Part shown: positions 38,311 through 47,519 of the stretch, in pieces | Layout of the letters: the number at the start of each line of letters is the position of its first letter | Position numbering within the stretch: the first letter of the stretch is position 1 | Source of the DNA: Hypanus sabinus | Lineage: Eukaryota | Assembly (NCBI RefSeq): GCF_030144855.1 | Contig: NC_082719.1 | Coordinates: forward strand, 7,502,001-7,566,000 | Direction of reading: 5' to 3' | Length of the DNA stretch: 64,000 nucleotides | Made by a program: the position numbers and the translations under genes | Notes under the pieces: model-generated | The model's input: only the letters and a program-made list of their open reading frames with translations | Told to the model about the DNA's origin: nothing | The model's database searches: none

Positions 38311-39352
38311 ATTTGATGAGAGGGCAGCATAAAGATGGGTGCTTTGTGTGCATCAAGGGAAGTGGGTGTGAAAGCACCTTACATGATGATACCGTCAGCC
38401 AGTTTGAAACTGTCTAATTTAGCATCTAGTCCAAATACTTTCAGGTAGGGTTGCTAGTTGAGTTAGATCATCAGGGGGTTATCAGACTTGGTGTGAATGC
38501 ATAGTATTCAGTAGCTCCAAGGATTGAACTGACAGAAGGGAAATACATAACATTAATTCAGAACCAAACCATTAAACTATTCAAAATTAATCAACCTTGT
38601 AAAATATTTTGAAAAATTAATTAAAAGTAGTTCTAAAGATTAAAGAGATTTTAAAAATAAAAGCACATATACCATATCATTTTAAATAAATTCCAGTAAT
38701 GGAAAAAAGTCCATAGATCTTATTAGAATAATACAAAATATCAAACGAAAAAGTTGCTTGCTTCAAAACAATTTAAGGATGATCATTATTAAGCAATAGT
38801 CAATTTAGTTTATATATGACATTGATGACAGTAATTACAGCAAGAAATTGATGATCTATCTAAAATATTGATAAATAAGAGTGAGATATGGTATTGTTCT
38901 TGTAATACCCTTCTACATGTGCATTTGAGATAGAAGGCCAAATGAAAAAAAAAAAATCACGTCAGTCATCTTGGTGACTCTGTACATTTTGCTCTTAAAT
39001 GAATAAATAGTCAGCAAATTCAGCGAGTCAGGATGAAACAAAACTTGGAAAGACAGGTGTCAGATCAGGGACAGTTCACAAGCACAGGAGGCACCGGCTT
39101 TCAGACCATTTCAATAATGGAAGAACTGCTTTCACAGAATTCATAGAACACGGCTCAAGAATTTGAGATACTGGATAAAGATCACTCTTACATAATTCAT
39201 GTGATTAAAAAGTAAATTAATAAACAAAAAATTGTATTGTTCAGCTCACATTTCTTGATGTATGAGCCAGTGATTCAGTTTATGGAAAATAGTAATAGGA
39301 ACTGCTTTACAGCCTCCTTGTAACACATGCTATTTGTCGGTGGGACTGACAC

Positions 39353-39589
39353 ACCACCACTTGGGCTTATAAGGCGAAAGCTGGGATATCAAGGTAGGAG
39401 AGATGGTGGAGGGTTGTAGAAACCAATGCCCAGTGGTGTATTTGTCAGTGGGATATCCTGACTGACTCACCTGATTAACCTTTGATCAGACCTAGCAACT
39501 GACCACCACTTGGGTTTATAAGGCGAAAGCTGGGATATCAAGGTAGGAGAGATGGTGGAGTGTTGTAGAAACCAATGCCCAGTGGTGTA
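39353..39589. repeat. 88-bp direct repeat x2 (39353-39440 and 39502-39589), each copy with short terminal inverted repeats
   Basis: Two mismatches between copies; ends caccacttggg / cccagtggtg. Confidence 0.85.
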
Positions 39590-39619
39590 CCATGCAGATT
39601 GCTGCTGGTCCCTTAAAGA

Positions 39620-41120
39620 TCATAAACACTAGCAATTTTAATAGGAATGTAGGAGGTATGAGTTGTATGTCTGCAGATGACACAAAAATTAGCAGCTCTG
39701 TTGAGTATGCAGGGAGTAGTCATAGGGTTCAGTACAATATTGATCAGCCGATCAATGGGTAGAGCAGTGGGAGAAAGAATCCAATCCCGATAAGTGCAAA
39801 GTGATTCATTTTGGACTGTCCAAAATGGTAGGACATACACCATGAGCATTTATGTTCTGGTGAGTTTTGAGGAACTAAGGGACCTTAGGTTTCACCTCTA
39901 ATGATCTCCAAAGGTGGGAGCACAGGTAGATATGATGACGAGGAAGAGGAAAATTTACAAAATGCTGGCCTTTATTAGCTAGGACGTGGTGGTACAAACT
40001 TATAAGATATCAGTCTGGCCACAACTAGGGTGTTGTGTGCAGTTCCAGCTGCCACATGTTATTATACTGAAAAAGCAATTTAGCTGATGATGTGTGGGAC
40101 AGAATGCTTCAGTTATGAGGAGGTACGGGGTAGACTGGCTTTGCTTTTCATTGAAGTGTAGGGGGCTGAGGGGCTACATTGTCATGGTATACAAACTAAG
40201 AGAGGTGTTGTTAAGGTTGAAAGTAAGATACCTTTCCCTGTAACAGAAATCTGTAAAACTCGAGTGAATAGATTTAAAGTGAGGAGTAGAATGATCCAAC
40301 TTGATTTTTAAAAAATAAAAACAAAGGGCAAATGCGATCTGGAATGCATTGTGCAAGCTACAGACCAAGTACTGGCAGATCGATACGATTGTGGGAATGA
40401 AAATGATGGTGATGGGTGGGCTAGAGCCCTGTTTCTGCACTGTTTTACAGTAGCATAGCTGTGGATGTAGTATTCGTGGTGGGGGAGGACTAAGAATGCA
40501 AGGGAAAAAGTTTAAACATTCAAAGTTATAGAATTTGAGATGTTGAAGTTGTACAAGAAATTGGTGAGTCCTAATTTGGAGTATCGTGAGCAGTTTTGGT
40601 CACCTACCGACAGGAAAGATGTAAATAAGGTTGAAAGAATACAGAGAAAATTGTCAAGGACATTGCCCGGACTGGGGACCTGAGTTACAAGGAAAGATTA
40701 AATAGGTTAGAACTGTAATTCCTTGGAATGTGGAATATCGAAGGGAGATTTGATAGAGGTATACAAAATTATGAGGGGTATTGACAGGCTTAAAGCCAGC
40801 AGGCTTTTTCCACTGATGTTGGTTGGGACAACTAGAGGTCATGGGTCAAGGCTGAGAGTGAAAAGTTCAAGGGGCACATGTTGGAAAACCTCTTCACTCA
40901 TAAGGTTGCGAAGTTGTGGTACAAGCCGACAGTGCAAGTGGAACATGCATGCTCAATTTCAGCATTGAAGAGAAGTTTGGATCGGTGCATGGATGGTAGG
41001 GGTATGGAGGGCTATGGTCCAATGATACAGGTGGATGGGAGTAGGCAGTTTAAACAGTTTGGCACAGACTAGATGGTCTGAAGGGCCTGTTTTGATGCTG
41101 TATTTTTCTATAACTCTAAG
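39620..41120 (+). mobile_element. Two CR1 LINE 3' fragments (about 39620-40450 old; about 40535-41120 younger)
   Basis: ADDTK motif near 39672; KGDLIEVYKIMRGIDR and TRGH motifs near 40740-40845. Confidence 0.82.
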
Positions 41121-43902
41121 AGTAATACTTAATAATTAGTACACTATTTACCTCTAAAGTACTACAAATTAAGTTTCAGTACTTATTTTTAAAGAATCAA
41201 AACCAAAACACGAAATTAGAAGCAACCTGACTACTTTCATTTTACATCAAAACAAAACCTATCATCTCATCCAATTGTTGTGAAACAAATGCATATGTAA
41301 TCTACTGTTACGTACCCCGTAACTGGGTGTCTGACCAGCAGAGAAAGAAGAATCCATTGGAGTCTGGTGGTACCAAACTAAAGGTGTTTATTAGTAAACT
41401 ACACAATACAATATCAAAAATGCAAATATACATATAAAACAAGTTAGCAGTAATAAACCTAAAAGTGTAGGAATAATAATAATCAATAATAAACAGGCTC
41501 TATCGATGTCTAGGGGTAAATGAATTGTCATGGGAAAGTATAGAGTTCAGTTCATAAATGCTGAGGTGGTTATGGTTGTTATGTTGAAATCGTTGGGGAG
41601 AGAGAGAGAGAGAGCGAGCAAGATGTAACAGCAACAGCTGCGGCAGGCAAACCTTTTGTGGCTTTCTTAATCCATCGTGTCGTTGTGGCCATTCAGTTAT
41701 GACCCCTCTGGTCTTCAGCTAGACCGTTCTTCTGTGGTGGACTCGTCACCCAGGCATGAGTGGACACACACGCAAGTCCCCACTGGCCCTGCTGTAACAC
41801 GGTGAGCTTTACTGGCCGATCTCCTGGTTCGGTCTCCGAAACCCCCACCTTTCTGTGGGTTCCCAACCCTCAGTCAGTGTCCACTGGTGTGTCTGAAGGG
41901 TGTTTCTCCAGACCTGTATTTTATCCCCACTCACGGGGTCTCAGCTATCCATCAACTCTCAATGACTGTGTCCATCAAATTAGGCCACTTCTGCTATCTC
42001 CTGAGGAATGTTAATGAGCAAAGTAAAGTCCTTGTAGTGGAAGGTAAATAATCCAGGAAGAGTCAAAATACAGTAAATCAACAGTCTCTCTCCCCCTCTT
42101 ATCTGTAGCAAATGTTCTTGCCTGGGCTTTATCTCTCGCTCTTATGAGCAGCATAGCAATAGTAATAGTTCGTAGTTCTCAGGAGGGGGGTTGGGAATGG
42201 TTAACTCTGCACCCCATTGACCATCACTCATAACACCCCCATCCTTCTGGAAATTTTCACCAGAGTGAAAATTAACTGATAAAGCATATTACTGAATTAC
42301 AGAGCTTAACAAAATACAGAAGTGGTCTTAACTACAGGAATAATACAGATACACTTTCAAATTAACATCTGGATAAACAATCAGCAATTACATTGTCACT
42401 TCCCTTTACATGCTGTATTTTAATATCGAATTCCTGTAACAACAGACTCCAACTTAATAACTTCCTATTTTTATTTTTCATGTTAGCCAAAAATACCAAG
42501 GGATTGTGTTCTTAGCTTAGGTGCATATTACAAAGTGTGAACCAATACATGTGTGATTATACTGTGGTACATTACAGAAGTTTGTGCAAATACTAATCTC
42601 TATTTAACTTTTAAACTTAACATTCAATCTTCCATGATGCTGTCTTTCTTATTCACATGCTTTGTTCAAAAATAAAATCAAATTCCTGCAAAACCAGATC
42701 CTGTTATTCAAAGTGGCATTTGGTCAACCTTTGTCCCTCTTCCACTTAACTCTCAGGTGTTTAGCTTGCTCACCAGTGTGGAATAGGCCTTCACAGACTC
42801 ATTTCACAGGAGATATCTTATCACCAATGTTTTCCAAACTAAGCTCATTTGCTGAACTTCCACACCACTCATTAATTTTAAGCAGGTCATTAATTTTATC
42901 TTCAGGATTTTTATTTCTATTGGTTTCCTGTTTAACATCTGCAGGTGATCCCTCTTGATCAAAACAACGCTTCAAGTTCTGCCTCTCCAAATCACATCCT
43001 TGAACAACATCACCAAGTTGTTAATCCTTAAATTCCAAAACAAACTGTAATTGACTCACAGGCACCTTGTTAACAAGCCACTGTTTAGTTAACGGTCCCT
43101 TCACTTTTGTCAACAGTTCTGACACCAAACTTGACTTTAAATTTTCTTTATTCAAAAGTTTAGGAACAATACTTTCCCCTTTCCTTTCAATAATATTCAC
43201 ATCACCAGCTTTCATCTCATTAGTAACTTTTAACACAAATGACTGAGAATTTTCACTTTCTCCCGGTGCCCTTTCTTCACTGAACCAAGTCTATCTGACC
43301 CAAAAGGATTGCATTCCTTTTCAACTAAATCAGATACCTCAGACTTTTCCTGAGCTTCAACACTAGGTTCAGTACCCTGTGACTCCACATCCTTCACATC
43401 CTGAACACAAGCCAACGGGACATCTGCCTCTCCTAGGCTTTCAATCGCAGTCCCCTTTTCAAATTCTAAGTTCCCCTGATCCTCCCAGTTACTCTCTGGG
43501 CTACTCCCATTCGGAGTAAACTCAACCTTGCGGGTTAAAACAACCTCGTCTGCTAACCCAGCAGACTCCCTCAAGGTAGCGGCATCCTTTTCATCTAGGA
43601 CTGCCCTTACATCATCAGGAACACACTTGAATTCCTCAACTGAAAACAGCTCTGTCAAGCCAGACAGATCATCCGTGTCCAACCCTGGACCTTCTAACTG
43701 CCTCATGTTTCTCATCTTTACTCTGTGCCTCCATAACCTCCTTCCTCACTCCTAAGTGTCCACCTAGGTGTATCTTGTGAGCCAAGTACAAAACTTCATC
43801 CCGATAAACCTTTGGAACCGCCCAGTCCTCATCCACTGGCACCGTGGTTGGCCTCCACTTCCTCATTAACACTCCCTCCTACAGTATCCCCCTGGTTCCT
43901 TA

Positions 43903-44904
43903 TCAATCTACTTCAGAAAGAGCTGATTCTTTCAATGCCACAAGCTCTTCATCATGACTCTGTTCCTTTATAAAGTCCCTCCTTGCTAGTGGTAGATCTA
44001 CCTCCTCTCCTTTACTCTCCTTAAACCCACTATCCTCCATTTTACCATTCTCTAACCCCTTCTGATACAGGGTCGGTAAAAATGTCTCCGCTAAATCAAC
44101 ACTGGACTCATTTAAACTGTCTCCTTTCTCATCCAAGTACACCTTCATACTCTCAGGGACACAACTTTTAAATTGCTCCTTCAGTATTAACTGTAATAGC
44201 TTATCATAATCTCCAACAACCCCGTCTGAGGTGCACCAACGCTCACAATACATTTGCTTTTCACAGGCAAACTCTAAATACATGTGGTTCCACGGCTTTC
44301 TCAAGTTCTGGAATTTCTGCCAGTATGCCTCTGGCATCAACTCATAACTCCTTTTTACTTCCTCGTAATCCTTAGACTCATCCATGGACAATGCCGAATA
44401 CGCTTGCTGAGCCTTCCCCCTAAGTACGCTCTGTAACAGAACAGCCCATTTCCCCTTGGGCCAGTTCTGATTCACAGCCACTTTCTCAAAATGAAGGAAG
44501 AACTTATCGACATCCATCTCCTCGAATGGAGGTACCAACTGGATCTCCTGACCAATCTTGAACCCCTCATTTGGGTCTGCAACCCGGTCTCTTCTCTGCG
44601 ATGCCTTTAACCTCTCCATTTCCAGTGCAAACTGCCTCTCTTTCTTTCTGTCCTCCCTCTGCCTATCATCTTCTTCTCTCTGCCTTGCAGCTTCTATCTC
44701 CTTTATCTGGAGTATTTGGAGCTCATGCTCCCTTTCCTCCTCCTCTGCAACCAACCTTAATCTTTCTATCTGTATCTGAAGCTCACCCTCGACTGGTTTT
44801 TTCTCAGGGAACAGGTCCAGTACATCCGACGTGAACACACCCTTGGATACGTAATGCACAGCTATTGCTCTCTGTATATCCACCTTGCTCATCAATGATT
44901 TCAC
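43903..44904 (-). pseudogene. Gag (SCAN-like capsid) of the Gmr1-like element, fused in frame to a pre-integrase linker
   Basis: LVPPFEEMDVDKFFLHFEKVA…WAVLLQSVLRGKAQQAYSAL…YELMPEAYWQKFQNL…LILKEQFKSCVPESMKVYLDEK. Confidence 0.8.
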
Positions 44905-45095
44905 TGTGGAGAGATTTAATCATTTTGCAACGCTCACCAATTCCACCTTCCTGGTATCCTCTAATGCCCCCGAAGTCGGGTCTTTAAAAAATTTGTCAAT
45001 TTCCATCTCTGCTGGTTTCCGTCTGGCTATCTACACAACCAGATCAGATAAGGGACTTTTATCCCGATTCACTGGCCCCGCAATTTGGTAATCAA

Positions 45096-45113
45096 ATCCT
45101 GGACGAGCCCCCA
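45096..45113 (-). other. Primer binding site complementary to tRNA-Pro
   Basis: TGGGGGCTCGTCCAGGAT, one mismatch from the canonical tRNA-Pro PBS TGGGGGCTCGTCCGGGAT, 3 nt from the 5' LTR. Confidence 0.88.
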
Positions 45114-46040
45114 ATTTGTTAGTACCGCATAACTGGGTGTCTGACCAGCAGAGGAAGAAGAATTCGTTGGAGTCTGGTGGTACCAAACTAAAGGTGTTTA
45201 TTAGTAAACTACACAATACAATATCAAAAATGCAAATATACATATAAAACAAGTTAGCAGTAATAAACCTAAAAGTGTAGGAATAATAATAATCAATAAT
45301 AAACAGGCTCTATCGATGTCTAGGGGTAAATGAATTGTCATGGGAAAGTATAGAGTTCAGTTCATAAATGCTGAGGTGGTTATGGTTGTTATGTTGAAAT
45401 CGTTGGGGAGAGAGAGAGAGAGAGAGAGAGCAAGATGTAACAGCAACAGCTGCGGCAGGCAAACCTTTTGTGGCTTTCTTAATCCATCGTGTCGTTGTGG
45501 CCATTCAGTTATGACCCCTCTGGACCGTTCTTCTGTGGTGGACTCATCACCCAGGCATGAGTGGACACACACGCAAGTCCCCACTGGCCCTGCTGTAAGA
45601 CTGTGAGCTTCACTGACTGATCACCTGGTTCAGTCTTCGGAATCCCCACCTTTCTGTGGGTTCCCAACCCTCAGTCAGTGTCCACTGGTGTGTCTGAAGG
45701 GTGTCTCTCCAGACCTGTATTTTATCCCCACTCACGGGGTCTCAGCTAACCATTAACTCTGAATGACCGTGTCCATCAAATCAGGCCACTCCTGCTATCT
45801 CCTGAGGAATGTTAACGAGCAAAGTAAAGTCCTTGTAGTGGAAGGTAAATAATCTGGGAAGAGTCAAAATACAGTAAATCAACAGTCTCTGTCCCCCTCT
45901 TATCTGTATCAAATGTTCTTGCCTGGGCTTTATCTCTCTCTCTCTTATGAGCAGCATAGCAACAACAATAGTTCGTAGTTCTCAGGAGGGGGGTTGGGAA
46001 TGGTTAACTCTGCACCCAATTGTTCATCACTCATAACACT

Positions 46041-46262
46041 ACACACACAAAATGCTGGTGGAACACAGCAGGCCAGTCAGCATCTATAGGAAGAAGTACA
46101 GTCGACGTTTCAGGCCGAGACCCTTTGTTAGTCCTGATGAAGGGTCTTGGCCCGAAATGTCGATTGTACTTCTTCCTATAGATGCTGCCTGGCCTGCTGC
46201 ATTCCACCAGCATTTTGTGTGTGTTGCTTGAATTTCCAGCATCTGCAGATTTCCTCGTGTTT
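46041..46262. mobile_element. Palindromic Penelope-terminus element containing hammerhead ribozyme motifs
   Basis: About 90-bp inverted arms at 46041-46130 and 46135-46224, with CTGATGA…GAAA cores at the centre. Confidence 0.8.
46130..46166 (+). ncRNA. Minimal type-I hammerhead ribozyme motif (Penelope-associated)
   Basis: AGTC-CTGATGA-A-GGG(TCTTGG)CCC-GAAA-T-GTC-GATT. Conserved core, stem I AGUC/GAUU, stem II GGG/CCC and a loopless stem III that would need dimerisation. Confidence 0.6.
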
Positions 46263-46582
46263 GCTTATGTAACCTTATGTTTTGCATAACTATTGGGGAA
46301 GTTACATATTCCTGCATACTTCCAATTTCCGTTATGATTATCCATGATGTGTGGAAGATAACTTGGCCTTTATGGTGGATTTATAGACTTCCAAATACTG
46401 GACATTATTTAGCACCACAATATGAATAGCATAATGCTGACAAAGGCTTGGTTTAAATTCATCTTCTAAACCTAGCTGATTAAAATAATATTTAATGCGT
46501 TATTTCACGACTAATGGCCCAAAAGCCGGGCAGAAATTTTTAAAAAATGCAGCGTGTCCGCAAACAAAATTTGTGGATTGTT

Positions 46583-46604
46583 TTGCGCAAGTTGTTTATT
46601 GCAA
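46583..46604. promoter_or_regulatory. C/EBP site pair in CpG-retaining unique sequence
   Basis: Perfect TTGCGCAA at 46583-46590 and TTATTGCAA at 46596-46604. Confidence 0.4.
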
Positions 46605-47140
46605 CCCGGAGAGAAAAATATCTGCGAAACATACACACAAAAAAGTTCTATTTAAATTTCCTATTTACAGTGGAGTTCAATTTGCAACTCAATATGAAAA
46701 TTCTTAAACCAGATTACAGGAGAGTTTGCTTAAAATTATAAGATTGAAGTGGTGCTCTGAATTGATAATAGTTGGATTGTTAAATTTAGGGTAATGGGAA
46801 GAGAAATTTCTTGGGTTCCACATTAGTTACTCATTTTTCACAGACTATTTCAGACCTGAATGATGTTAGGCCAAAAGGCTGGCTAGCTAAATGTTTAATC
46901 ATCATGTAAGTATTAGGAGTGTGACAGGACCAATCATGAACTATATGTAGATAATGTACTATGGAAACTGAAGAACTTGCAGGTATTATATTGAATACAG
47001 TAAATGAGCTGATGTGCAACATCCTCAGGATTATGTATGTAAAATCATACAAACAGGCAAGAGGAAGATCCAACTATAACAGTGTTACAGGAGGCAAGAT
47101 GTTGCTGGGCCTTCTGATCACTGCAGTATGAAAATCAGAT

Positions 47141-47393
47141 GGTTTCACTTTCCAAGTCCTTCATTGCCATTCCCTGATACTCCCAGCTGAATACAAAAGG
47201 AAACGTATCATGTCTGAGAAGCACTTAGGAGCAGTAAATAGATAAATTGATTTGCTGTTGTCGCATGTACTAAGGTCGCATCTGGAATTTCCAGTTGGCG
47301 GACGATTTCCCTCCACGCCGCTCTGATATATAGGGAAATCATATACATGGCAAGTTACAGCTGTGGTTTGCCTTTGCCTTCTGCCAGGTGAGT
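47141..47393 (+). promoter_or_regulatory. Putative interferon/NF-kB-inducible promoter with a short first exon
   Basis: ISRE GGTTTCACTTTCC at 47141-47153; kB TGGAATTTCC at 47283-47292; kB half-sites at 47304-47311 and 47333-47340; TATATA at 47327-47332; consensus donor CAG|GTGAGT at 47387/47388; locally CpG-rich. Confidence 0.6.
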
Positions 47394-47407
47394 TTTTTTT
47401 ATATATC

Positions 47408-47518
47408 ACCAGCTCTTAACCCAGCATAGATGGAGACTGTGCACGGGAGCCGGCCAGATTTGAACTTGGGACCTCTGACCCCAAAGTCCAGCGTTGATGT
47501 CACTGTGCTACCAGCTGG
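47408..47518 (-). mobile_element. tRNA-derived SINE head fragment
   Basis: Minus strand tggtagcacagtg…aagttcaaatct gives degenerate A and B boxes. Confidence 0.5.
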
Positions 47519-47519
47519 A

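Larger units (their letters stand above)
41306..46038 (-). mobile_element. Gmr1-like Gypsy LTR retrotransposon, internally deleted and non-autonomous
   Basis: LTRs at 41306-42235 and 45117-46038 (TG…CA), 4-bp TSD CTAC, PBS TGGGGGCTCGTCCAGGAT (45113-45096), PPT at 42248-42236. Contains a SCAN-like gag, an integrase H2C2 fragment and the RNase H C-terminus. Confidence 0.93.

Noticed and set aside
38957-39030. CRE/AP-1-like motifs (TCACGTCA, GTGACTC, GAGTCA) as an enhancer
   Set aside because: Short imperfect motifs expected by chance; no supporting structure.
35004-39589. The 43-bp and 88-bp repeats as CRISPR-like arrays
   Set aside because: No series of unique spacers, only 2-3 copies, vertebrate context and no cas genes.
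47347-47387. Coding exon 1 of an additional intact chemokine on the plus strand
   Set aside because: The ATG frame (MASYSCGLPLPSA, phase 2) is not signal-peptide-like, the ATG is only about 20 nt from the TATA, and I found no CXC/CC exon 2 or 3 downstream.
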